A stretch of 64,000 bases of DNA from an uncultured virus (IMG/VR IMGVR_UViG_3300032288_004063) (Duplodnaviria > Heunggongvirae > Uroviricota > Caudoviricetes). The notes beneath the pieces are model-generated. The model worked only from the letters and a program-made list of their open reading frames with translations. It was not told the DNA's origin and made no database searches. The translations under genes and the position numbers were made by a program. Where the stretch lies: IMG/VR virus record IMGVR_UViG_3300032288_004063; one strand, 5' to 3'. Positions 1 through 8,909 of the stretch are shown piece after piece (within the stretch, counting starts at the first letter, position 1; the number at the start of each line of letters is the position of its first letter).

Positions 1-1
1 C

Positions 2-1408
2 TTCGCTAGAGCCAATGCTGCTAATTTAATTGCTAATCTAGCATATGATAAAGCCAACACAGCAAACATAACTGCAGATGCTGCTTTCGCTAGAGCTAAC
101 ACAGCAAACATAACTGCAGACGCCGCGTTTACCAAAGCAAACGCAGCATTTCCGTCAACGGGCGGAACTATTTCTGGAGATGTTTTCATTTCAGGTAATT
201 TAACGGTAATAGGTAATTCTACAGTTTTCAATGTATCATCATTAGTCGTCAATGATCCATTAATATTTTTGGCAAATAGCAATTATTCATCGGATTTAGT
301 CGATATTGGTTTTGTTGGGCATTATAATGACGGAACAAATGCACATACTGGATTTGTTAGAGATGCAACTAGCAAAGAATATTTTGTGTTTAATGGATAC
401 ACACCAGAAATATTAGCAAACGACATAATCAATATTGCACATCCATCTTTTGCCTTAACAAATATCAATGCAAATTATTATAAAGGCAATTTAATTGCCA
501 ATACTGTTGTAATTGCAATTTCTTCAACAGTAGCAGGTGTAAATATAGTTCCTACACTTTCTACAATGTTTGATAAAGCCAATAGTGCAAATATAGTTGC
601 ATCATCAGCGTTTGATAGGGCTAACGTAGCTAATATTATTGCTTCTGCAGCATTTAATAAAGCCAATCAGCAAGCAAATATTTCATTCAGCACAATTGTC
701 GCTAATGGCACATCATTAGTAGCAGATTCTAATTCGGATACATTGACAATTAGAACAACTGGCAATGTTGCGATTACTGCTGATGCTGCCGGCGATAACA
801 TGACGTTTGATCTTACAACAACAGGCGTTACAGCAGGTGTTTATGGAAATTCATCAATAATACCTGTATTGACTGTTGATGCAAGAGGACGACTAACATC
901 TGTATCAAATGTTACAATTACTACCTCTGGAGGATCATCGACAAATTCAGTGGTATTTGTTTCCGATACTGCACCATCAGGAATTGCTAATGGAACACTA
1001 TGGTGGAATTCAAATGACGGAACACTATACATCTATTATGCTGATACAGACTCTAGTCAATGGGTTGTTGCTAGTCCATTTATTACAACAAATGCAACTA
1101 GCGGTAGCTCTAGTAATTCATTTACAACAATAAATGCTAACGGAACATCTATTGTTGCCAATTCTACTACAGATACATTGACAATATTGACCACTGGTAA
1201 CGTTTCGATTACTGCAGATGCTGCCGGCGATAATATAACATTTGATCTAACAACAACGGGTGTTACGGCGGGTGTTTATGGAAATTCATCAACAATACCT
1301 GTATTGACTGTTGATGCAAGAGGACGACTAACATCTGTATCAAATACAACAAGTTCAGGAATAACAACAGGTAAAGCCATTGCAATGGCAATAGTTTTCG
1401 GAGGATAA
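2..1408 (+). CDS. Tail fibre-like structural protein (5'-truncated by window)
   Basis: The frame of ORF 269..1408 is open back to position 2 (FARANAANLIANLAYDKAN...). It is A/N/T/S-rich, has 14-aa AFxxAN repeats and duplicated GVTAGVYG...LTVDARGRLT fibre modules, and lies upstream of the neck genes. Confidence 0.65.
   Translation, partial: FARANAANLIANLAYDKANTANITADAAFARANTANITADAAFTKANAAFPSTGGTISGDVFISGNLTVIGNSTVFNVSSLVVNDPLIFLANSNYSSDLVDIGFVGHYNDGTNAHTGFVRDATSKEYFVFNGYTPEILANDIINIAHPSFALTNINANYYKGNLIANTVVIAISSTVAGVNIVPTLSTMFDKANSANIVASSAFDRANVANIIASAAFNKANQQANISFSTIVANGTSLVADSNSDTLTIRTTGNVAITADAAGDNMTFDLTTTGVTAGVYGNSSIIPVLTVDARGRLTSVSNVTITTSGGSSTNSVVFVSDTAPSGIANGTLWWNSNDGTLYIYYADTDSSQWVVASPFITTNATSGSSSNSFTTINANGTSIVANSTTDTLTILTTGNVSITADAAGDNITFDLTTTGVTAGVYGNSSTIPVLTVDARGRLTSVSNTTSSGITTGKAIAMAIVFGG
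56..120 (+). repeat. 42-bp-period tandem repeat (14-aa unit ANTANITADAAFAR)
   Basis: aacacagcaaacataactgcaga occurs at 56-78 and 98-120. Confidence 0.85.
683..1345 (+). repeat. Internal duplication of a ~76-aa fibre module (683-910 and 1118-1345)
   Basis: Offset is 435 bp; the last 75 bp (836-910 vs 1271-1345) differ at one base. Confidence 0.9.
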
Positions 1409-1411
1409 TTT

Positions 1412-1771
1412 ATGGCTGCGCCAAATATAGTTAATGTCGTAACAATTACAGGCAAAACTGCTGTACAAAACGTCACAACAGTTGCTACAGATATAGTAAC
1501 AAATAGTGCTGCTAGTGGAAAAGTATACAAAATAAATTCTCTAATTATTTCAAATGTTGATGGAACAAATGCCTCCGACATTACAGTTGATTTATATAGA
1601 AATTCAATTCCATATAGAATTGCATATACAATTACTGTTCCTGCAGACACCAGTTTTACTGCAATAACAAAAGATGCTACACTCTATTTGGAAGAAGGAG
1701 ATTCACTAAGATGTGCAGCAAGTGCAAATAATGATTTAGAAGCTATTTGTAGCTATGAGGAAATAAGCTAA
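1412..1771 (+). CDS. Hypothetical virion structural protein
   Basis: 119-aa beta-rich ORF with GGAG/GGA RBS, located in the fibre gene cluster. Confidence 0.5.
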   Translation: MAAPNIVNVVTITGKTAVQNVTTVATDIVTNSAASGKVYKINSLIISNVDGTNASDITVDLYRNSIPYRIAYTITVPADTSFTAITKDATLYLEEGDSLRCAASANNDLEAICSYEEIS

Positions 1772-1772
1772 A

Positions 1773-4088
1773 ATGAGTTGGTTAGATAACGGTGGGATTT
1801 TAGGAAAAAAATTAGATTTGAATAGTAAGGAATCATATTTGATTTCTTCTACTGGATCAGGAAGTCTTGAATTTGTTGGAGCTGTAAATGCAGCTATATT
1901 GGGAACAACTACGACAACTTCAGTAACCTTGAATCTTACTGGCGGAATTGATAGTAGACCATCTGCAAATGATTTAGTTATTGCTTCTTATGCAATTTCA
2001 CTTCCAATTGCAACTATTGATCCTGGTTTATTCAGTAGTAATACTTCAACAGCTTCAGACGCCGCCGTCGCCGCAACACTAGCATTAAAACCAATAAGCG
2101 GCCAATCGCCCTCATATATTGCAGGAACAACACAAGCTATTGTTGGAGGAAATACAACTTCGACATCTGTAAATCTACCTGTAGGAACAAGTGCAAATGA
2201 TTTAGTCATAATCGGTTATGGAATTGGTTCTGCTGTTGATAGAAGAGCAAATCTAACATCAGGAATGGTGACACAAGGTTATACTATTACTGCAAACATA
2301 ACAACTCTCGACACATTTGATGCAAACTTGGGCGTATTCTTTAAAATTATGGGGGCAACACCAGATACAACAGTTACAATTCCAAATACAGGCGCGGTTG
2401 GAGACGGCGGCGCTGTAGCCATACAAGTTTGGAGAAACATTGATACTACAACACCTCTAGATGTTGTAACGACAGTTTCTGCAAATCCAAATAGCAGATT
2501 ACCAAATCCTGCAGCAATAAGTCCAATTACAAAAAATGCTGCAATTGTAATTGTTGGTTCCGGGTCTTATTCCGGCACCGCTGATACTTTTACTGGACCC
2601 ACAGGCTATACAACAGATTTTCAATCAATAAATCGTGATGATACTTCCGTAGATGTTCTTGTTGGTATGGGTTATAGAACAGCTCTATTTGATCCTGAAA
2701 TAGATTATGTTAACGGAATACTATCAAGGGCTAACGGCATTGGTTCGGGATATACTTCAATTGCAAATAATTGGGCTATAGGCGCAGCTGCAGGAACAGC
2801 AGGAACTGGTGTTTACGGAAGTAGTCCTTTAGTTCTATCACATTCTGTTGCATATAAAATTATGGGAACAACTCCTGACACGACAATTACATTTCCAGCA
2901 ACGGGAGATGTTGCATATGGTGGAGCATATTCAGTTCAAGTTTGGAGATATGCAAATACAACATCTCCTCTAGATGTTGCAACAGTTACATACACACAAT
3001 CTAATGGCTCAAGTAATGGAGCAACAACATCAACAACAGGAACACGACAGCCCGATCCACAATCTATTACCCCGACGACGACAGGTTCAATAATTATTGC
3101 TACAGGTGGAGTAGCAACAACAGGTGGTGCTGCATTTACTAATTCGGGATTATCTGGTTTTCGTACAAATTATTCAGATGATACATCTGGCGATGCTATC
3201 ATGGGTATGTATTATGATACATGGACAAGCGGTGCATATGACCCAGTCGCATTCACTGTTGCAACTAATTCTCTTGCTGGTGCAGCAAGTTCGTTTACGC
3301 TTGCGATTAAACCAGTATCCAATGTTCCAATAACTACCATTGGTAATAAAGTATACTCTGGTAATTGGAATAATGCTGCTAAGTTCTTATCAAAGGCTAG
3401 AGATGTAGAAATCGCTAAAGTTGTTTCATATACAACGGCATATACAACTGCTGCAGCAACTAGCGTCAATATAGTTCTTCCTGAAGATATAAAATCAGAT
3501 GATCTTATTTTGATTTTTGCTGGAACACGAGCGCAACAAACGCAACCGGCATTCGATAATGTTACATATAAACCCACTGGATATACACTCATCAAAACTT
3601 CTAATGCTGGGGCTGGAGATTGTCAGTTTGGTGCTTTTTATAAAATCTCAAATGGAACGGAATCTGGCACAACATTAAATATCCCACAAAATGCAACATC
3701 TCATATGTCTGTAATTGCAGTTATAGTTCGCGGAACTTTAACTAGTAGTCCTATTGGAAATATTGGTGCTAATGTAGAATCGGGTTCTGCAGTAACTACA
3801 TATAACGTTCCTGGAATAATTACATCAAGAAATCGTAGTATAGTTTTTGTTACTACTGCAATAGATGGATCAGATACTTTGCCTATTATATTATCACCTA
3901 CTAATGGTTGGATATATGGCAATAATTCTATTCAGGTTGGTTCTAGTGGAACTACCGTTGGTGTTGCAACTATAGTTTCTTGGAAGACTGTAGAAACTGC
4001 TAATGGTAGTTCCGGGTATACTGGATTCACATGGTCTGTCGCAGATGGCGCAACTGGTTTTCAATTTGAAGTAGAAAGTGTCAATTAA
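1773..4088 (+). CDS. Large T/G/S-rich structural protein with repeated beta-sandwich-like modules (possible receptor-binding/fibre protein)
   Basis: 771 aa with repeated motifs SANDLVI, KIMGxTPDTTxTxPxTG, QVWRxxxTTxPLDV and TLAxKP; followed by a chaperone-like gene. Confidence 0.55.
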   Translation: MSWLDNGGILGKKLDLNSKESYLISSTGSGSLEFVGAVNAAILGTTTTTSVTLNLTGGIDSRPSANDLVIASYAISLPIATIDPGLFSSNTSTASDAAVAATLALKPISGQSPSYIAGTTQAIVGGNTTSTSVNLPVGTSANDLVIIGYGIGSAVDRRANLTSGMVTQGYTITANITTLDTFDANLGVFFKIMGATPDTTVTIPNTGAVGDGGAVAIQVWRNIDTTTPLDVVTTVSANPNSRLPNPAAISPITKNAAIVIVGSGSYSGTADTFTGPTGYTTDFQSINRDDTSVDVLVGMGYRTALFDPEIDYVNGILSRANGIGSGYTSIANNWAIGAAAGTAGTGVYGSSPLVLSHSVAYKIMGTTPDTTITFPATGDVAYGGAYSVQVWRYANTTSPLDVATVTYTQSNGSSNGATTSTTGTRQPDPQSITPTTTGSIIIATGGVATTGGAAFTNSGLSGFRTNYSDDTSGDAIMGMYYDTWTSGAYDPVAFTVATNSLAGAASSFTLAIKPVSNVPITTIGNKVYSGNWNNAAKFLSKARDVEIAKVVSYTTAYTTAAATSVNIVLPEDIKSDDLILIFAGTRAQQTQPAFDNVTYKPTGYTLIKTSNAGAGDCQFGAFYKISNGTESGTTLNIPQNATSHMSVIAVIVRGTLTSSPIGNIGANVESGSAVTTYNVPGIITSRNRSIVFVTTAIDGSDTLPIILSPTNGWIYGNNSIQVGSSGTTVGVATIVSWKTVETANGSSGYTGFTWSVADGATGFQFEVESVN

Positions 4089-4099
4089 GGAATAAACAC

Positions 4100-4522
4100 A
4101 TGCTTTATAGCTACAAAAATCAATATCCAAAATCTATTCCGGAAAGAATTACACTTTCAAACGGTATAAAAAGAACAGATTCTTCTACATTTACAGAAGA
4201 AGAACTTAATGATGCCGGCTATAGATTGATTCCAAATCCACCGCTTGTTGAAAATAGTCAAAAAGTGGAATGGAACGGAGAAAATTGGAATATAATAGAT
4301 AAAAATGAGGCTGACAAACAACAGGAATGGAGATTAATTCAAGAAATCTGTTTGAAGATCTTGAAAGATACTGATTTCAAAGTTATCAAGGCATACGAAA
4401 CAGGTATTCCAATAAATCCAGAGCTAGTGATATATAGACAAGCAATTCGAGATTTATTCAACAATGTAAATAGTGTTGATCCGTGGAATGTTGTTTGGCC
4501 AATAAAACCAGAGTTAGAATAA
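4100..4522 (+). CDS. Tail fibre assembly chaperone-like protein
   Basis: C-terminal pattern LKDTDFKV...YRQAIRDL...VVWP is typical of phage tail assembly chaperones; AAGGA RBS. Confidence 0.6.
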   Translation: MLYSYKNQYPKSIPERITLSNGIKRTDSSTFTEEELNDAGYRLIPNPPLVENSQKVEWNGENWNIIDKNEADKQQEWRLIQEICLKILKDTDFKVIKAYETGIPINPELVIYRQAIRDLFNNVNSVDPWNVVWPIKPELE

Positions 4523-4523
4523 A

Positions 4524-5501
4524 ATGGCATTAAATTTCCCAGCAAGTCCTGTTGATGGACAAATTTTTACTTCGGGCGGTCTAATCTATCAATGGAATAG
4601 CGCCTCTTCGATTTGGATTTCTAATATTTCATCAAACAATTTTGTGTTCAAGACTGGTAGTACAATGACTGGCAATCTTGTCATGTCATCCGCAAATATA
4701 GCATTTGCAAATGCAACAAATTCAGGCATATATTGGTCAAGAACATCGTTTATACATTCGCCCGTCGCCAACACACTTGTGTTCGGAACATCTTTAACTG
4801 AAGATATGCGCGTTGATCCTAGTGGTAACGTCGGCATTGGAACAAGCTCACCTTTAGCAACTCTACATGTATCTCCAAATAGTTCAACACTTGATGAAAT
4901 TGCACGCTTTGAAAGTAATAGTAGTGGAGCTTTAGTCAATTTTTATAGAAAGGGTGTAAGATGGGGATATCTATACACACCCGGTTCAAGTTATATGGAA
5001 CTTTCTTCCGCAGGTAGCGGAATAACACCATATGATTTAAGATTTTCTGCTTATTCTTTTTCAAATATAACATTTTTTACAAATTCTACACAACGTATGG
5101 TAATTGATCAAAATGGTTTAGTTGGTATTGGTATTGCGTCTCCTGCAGCAACATTAGATATCGTTGGATCTGTAACTGATGCAAAAGCAAATGTTCTCTC
5201 TCAAACTTTAACTGACGGCGCTTCAATTGCATGGAATGCCTCTTTAGGTCGAATTGCCACAGTTACATTAAATGGAGCAAGAACATTATCTAATGCGACA
5301 AATCTTCGTGTTGGAACTTATATTCTACATGTTCTTCAAAATACTTCTGGAAATAGCACCTTGACGTTTTCAAATCAATATAAATTTACCGCTAACATTC
5401 AACCGTCTTTGACATCAAATGCGAATGCAAGAGATATGTTCTCGTTTGTATCGGATGGCACAAACATGTATGGTGCAATGATACCTGATGTTAGATCATA
5501 A
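4524..5501 (+). CDS. Tail fibre-related protein
   Basis: MALNFPASP start and repeated GNVGIGTSSP/GLVGIGIASP fibre motifs. Confidence 0.6.
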   Translation: MALNFPASPVDGQIFTSGGLIYQWNSASSIWISNISSNNFVFKTGSTMTGNLVMSSANIAFANATNSGIYWSRTSFIHSPVANTLVFGTSLTEDMRVDPSGNVGIGTSSPLATLHVSPNSSTLDEIARFESNSSGALVNFYRKGVRWGYLYTPGSSYMELSSAGSGITPYDLRFSAYSFSNITFFTNSTQRMVIDQNGLVGIGIASPAATLDIVGSVTDAKANVLSQTLTDGASIAWNASLGRIATVTLNGARTLSNATNLRVGTYILHVLQNTSGNSTLTFSNQYKFTANIQPSLTSNANARDMFSFVSDGTNMYGAMIPDVRS

Positions 5502-5504
5502 ATA
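5497..5504 (+). promoter_or_regulatory. T4-type late promoter variant (CATAAATA)
   Basis: Near match to the TATAAATA gp55 consensus just upstream of gp13. Confidence 0.55.
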
Positions 5505-5530
5505 AAAATAGTCTAGTTAAGGAATAAAAA

Positions 5531-6490
5531 ATGGCTGTACCAAGTTCTAGAGAAAATCTAATAGACTATTGCAAGCGTCGTCTTGGTTTTCCAGTAATTG
5601 ACATAAATGTTGACGATGATCAAGTAGAAGATCGCATTGATGATGCTCTTCAATTCTATCAAGACTATCACTATGATGCAATTCAAAAAATCTATCTAAA
5701 GCACCTAGTGACGCAAACCGACGTTGATCGTCAATATATTGATATGACTCAAGCTTCTGGAGCTGCTACAGTTGTTTCCGGAAATGCTACGGTTACTGGA
5801 TCAGGAACTAATTTTGCTGCCGAATTTGCAGCTGGAGTTACTCAGTTGACCATAAATGGAGAAACAAAAACTGTCTTGTCAATTAATGACAAGGGTTCAA
5901 TGGTTATGAATTCGACATATTCTTCAAGTGCAAATACAGTTCCAATAAATGTCGTAGGTGCAGCAGATTCGATTACTGGTGTTACAAGAATATTTTCTTT
6001 ATCATCGACAAATGCTACAGTAAATATGTTTGATCTTCGCTATCAGTTGCGACTGCATGAACTATATGACTTTACTTCAACATCATATGTCAATTTCGTG
6101 TTGACACAGCAACATCTACGCACATTGGACATGTTGTTCTCTGGTGAACAACCAATTAGATTCAATAGACATCAAAATAGATTGTATGTTGATTTGCAGT
6201 GGGGTACAGATATTCAAGCCGGTGAGTATTTGATCGTTGAGGGATATAAGATTATTGATCCAAATTCATATACGGACGTATACAATGATCGTTGGTTGAA
6301 GAGATATGCTACTGCGCTTATCAAGCGTCAATGGGGACTAAATCTAAAGAAGTTTAGTGGTATTCAGCTTCCTGGCGGTGTTCAGCTAAATGGACAGCAA
6401 ATCTTTGAAGAAGCCGAAAGTGAAATATCCGAACTTGAAGAAGAAATGCAGAGCAAGTACGAACTTCCTCCAGAATTTATTTTGGGCTGA
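5531..6490 (+). CDS. gp13: Neck protein gp13
   Basis: SRENLIDYCKRRLGFPVIDINVDDDQVEDRIDDALQF start, WLKRYATALIKRQWG motif, T4 synteny. Confidence 0.92.
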   Translation: MAVPSSRENLIDYCKRRLGFPVIDINVDDDQVEDRIDDALQFYQDYHYDAIQKIYLKHLVTQTDVDRQYIDMTQASGAATVVSGNATVTGSGTNFAAEFAAGVTQLTINGETKTVLSINDKGSMVMNSTYSSSANTVPINVVGAADSITGVTRIFSLSSTNATVNMFDLRYQLRLHELYDFTSTSYVNFVLTQQHLRTLDMLFSGEQPIRFNRHQNRLYVDLQWGTDIQAGEYLIVEGYKIIDPNSYTDVYNDRWLKRYATALIKRQWGLNLKKFSGIQLPGGVQLNGQQIFEEAESEISELEEEMQSKYELPPEFILG

Positions 6491-6553
6491 GACACTCGGT
6501 TTGTCCAGGAACTCAATGGGTTAAAGGTAAAATAAATAAAAAAAGTATAAAAA

Positions 6554-7438
6554 ATGGCAGTAAATCACTACTTCAATAATTTTCCAGGTGTAGTTACGCA
6601 AGAACAACTTCTTGCCGAAGATCTTATCATCGAATCCATAAGACAATATGGTGCTGATGTATATTACGTACCAAGAAAATCTTTAAGCGATGAAGATTTG
6701 ATTTACGGCGAAGATCCTGTAAAGCTTTATAATGCTGCATATTCGATGGAAATGTACATTCAATCAGTTGCTGGATTTGAAGGTCCTGGTGAATTCTTTA
6801 GCAAGTTTGGTCTAGAAATTCGCGACTCCATTAGGGTGGTTGTTGCTCGTCGCACATACGAAAAGTATGTTCCTGTTGCAACATATCCAAGACCTCGTGA
6901 AGGAGATCTTGTTTATATTCCAGCTTTAGCCAATTTATACGAAATCAAGTATGTAGAAGAAGAAAGAAACTTCTATACTCTTGGTCGTCGTCCTCCACTA
7001 TTTTATTACTATGAATTGAGTATGGAATTGTACAAATTTTCAAATGAAAGATTTGCAACGGGCGTCAAGGAAATTGATGATGTTGGTCGCGCATATTCGT
7101 ATACCCAAAACATGGCAATGGTCGCTGGAGGAACTGGCGCATACAAGAGAGAAGAGATTGTGTATCAGGGTTCAAGCCTAGCATCAGCAACATCGACTGC
7201 GATAGTTAAAAATTGGTTCCCATCAAACAATATGCTACAATTGATCAATATCAAGGGTACTTTTTCTACAGGAGCTAATGTTATTGGGTCAACATCAAAT
7301 GCAAACTTTACATTGACTACGTTCAATAGACAAGATTTCAATGGTGTCTCCGACGAATTGACAAACAACCTTGAGATACAAACTGATGCAAATGGTATCA
7401 TTGATTTCACCGAAACTAATCCATTCGGAGAACCTTGA
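6554..7438 (+). CDS. gp14: Neck protein gp14
   Basis: EQLLAEDLIIESIRQYGADVYYVPR, SKFGLEIRD, RPREGDLVY, NPFGE end; synteny. Confidence 0.92.
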   Translation: MAVNHYFNNFPGVVTQEQLLAEDLIIESIRQYGADVYYVPRKSLSDEDLIYGEDPVKLYNAAYSMEMYIQSVAGFEGPGEFFSKFGLEIRDSIRVVVARRTYEKYVPVATYPRPREGDLVYIPALANLYEIKYVEEERNFYTLGRRPPLFYYYELSMELYKFSNERFATGVKEIDDVGRAYSYTQNMAMVAGGTGAYKREEIVYQGSSLASATSTAIVKNWFPSNNMLQLINIKGTFSTGANVIGSTSNANFTLTTFNRQDFNGVSDELTNNLEIQTDANGIIDFTETNPFGEP

Positions 7439-8496
7439 TGTCAGGAATATTTGGCAATCATTTCTATCATCGTATCACACGAAAAATTGTTGTTGCATTT
7501 GGATCACTATTCAATGAAATTCAACTTGTACGATACAATAAAGCAGGAACAACGGAACTTGAACGTGTTCTTGTCCCTATAGTATATGCACAGAAAGAGA
7601 AATTTTATAATCGTATAAAGGGTGATCCAAATCTACTAAAAAGCATTCAGGTTACATTGCCTAGAATGTCTTTTGAAATTGTCGGGGTTGAGTACGATCC
7701 TATAAGAAAGCAAAATAGCTTGATAAGAAATACAAATCTTACAACGGCTACAAGCACGACACAAAAAACTCAATATATGGGTGTTCCATATAATTATGAT
7801 TTTAGTCTTTCAATATATGTTCGTAACATTGAAGATGGATGGCAGATAGTAGAGCAAATATTGCCAATTTTTAATCCGGATTATACGTTAACTCTGGATT
7901 TAGTTAGTGCTATGGGAATAAAAAGAGATGTTCCTATTATATTGAATTCAGTAGGATATACAGTTGACTATGAAAGTTCTCATGATGATGACGCTACTCG
8001 TGTTGTCATTTTTGATTTGCTATTTACAGTTAAGGCAATGATATTTGGTCCAATTACAGATTCAAAAATTATTAAAAAAGCAAATACAAACATATATGGA
8101 TCATTTACTAGCGGTAATTCAGGTGGAGAAGATATATTTGTTCTTGATTTACAAAATGGAGGATTTAATACATACAAAGTTGGCGAATTAATTTGGCAAG
8201 GCGGATCTTATGAATTCCCAGATGCAAAGGCAGAAGTTGTCGAACACGATACACTTAATAAAAAGTTATACATAAAAGATGTTTATGGATCGAAAAACGG
8301 ATTTGGTGCATTTACAAAAAATGTAGATGTGATAGGTGCATCAACAGGAGCAACATGGAATGTTGCAAGTTCTTATGTTTCAAATGTCAAATTAGTTATT
8401 GGTACAGTAGTTCCTGATCCAATAACCGCAAACGTAAACAGTGACTTTGGATTTACGGAAACGATAATAGAATTTCCAAACACATTAGGATTATAA
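7435..8496 (+). CDS. gp15: Tail sheath stabiliser/terminator gp15
   Basis: FYHRITRKIVVAFGSLFN, LPRMSFE, QIVEQILPIFNP motifs; synteny. Confidence 0.92.
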   Translation: MMSGIFGNHFYHRITRKIVVAFGSLFNEIQLVRYNKAGTTELERVLVPIVYAQKEKFYNRIKGDPNLLKSIQVTLPRMSFEIVGVEYDPIRKQNSLIRNTNLTTATSTTQKTQYMGVPYNYDFSLSIYVRNIEDGWQIVEQILPIFNPDYTLTLDLVSAMGIKRDVPIILNSVGYTVDYESSHDDDATRVVIFDLLFTVKAMIFGPITDSKIIKKANTNIYGSFTSGNSGGEDIFVLDLQNGGFNTYKVGELIWQGGSYEFPDAKAEVVEHDTLNKKLYIKDVYGSKNGFGAFTKNVDVIGASTGATWNVASSYVSNVKLVIGTVVPDPITANVNSDFGFTETIIEFPNTLGL

Positions 8497-8909
8497 TGAG
8501 CAAGATTGATGATAACTTGAGTGAGATATTGAATATCGAACCAGTAAGGAAACAGGAAGTAGTTCCTGTTCAAGTAGAATCTCAAAATGATACGCAAACG
8601 GATTACGATTTAAGTCGTCAGACCATTCGCAATCTTGTTCGAAAAGGTGAAGAAGCACTTGATGAATTGCTCTTTGTTGCAAAACAGAGTGAAAGTCCAA
8701 GAGCATATGAAGTTGTTGCTGGTATGATAAAGAACATATCAGAAGTAACAAAAGAATTGATTGATCTACAAAAGAAAATGAAAGAATTGAATGAAGATAC
8801 ACCAAAATCTTCTAGCGGCGTAAATGTGCAAAATGCAGTATTTGTAGGATCAACAGCAGAACTTCAAAAATTACTAAGACAAAATAAAGAACAACAAACC
8901 GATGGCTGA
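8496..8909 (+). CDS. gp16: Terminase small subunit gp16
   Basis: DYDLSR, ESPRAYEV, NAVFVGSTAELQKLL motifs. Confidence 0.92.
   Translation: MSKIDDNLSEILNIEPVRKQEVVPVQVESQNDTQTDYDLSRQTIRNLVRKGEEALDELLFVAKQSESPRAYEVVAGMIKNISEVTKELIDLQKKMKELNEDTPKSSSGVNVQNAVFVGSTAELQKLLRQNKEQQTDG

Noticed and set aside
836..1345. Near-identical 75-bp repeat pair as a DGR template/variable region
   Set aside because: Both copies are in-frame within one gene, there is only one mismatch, and no reverse transcriptase is in the window.
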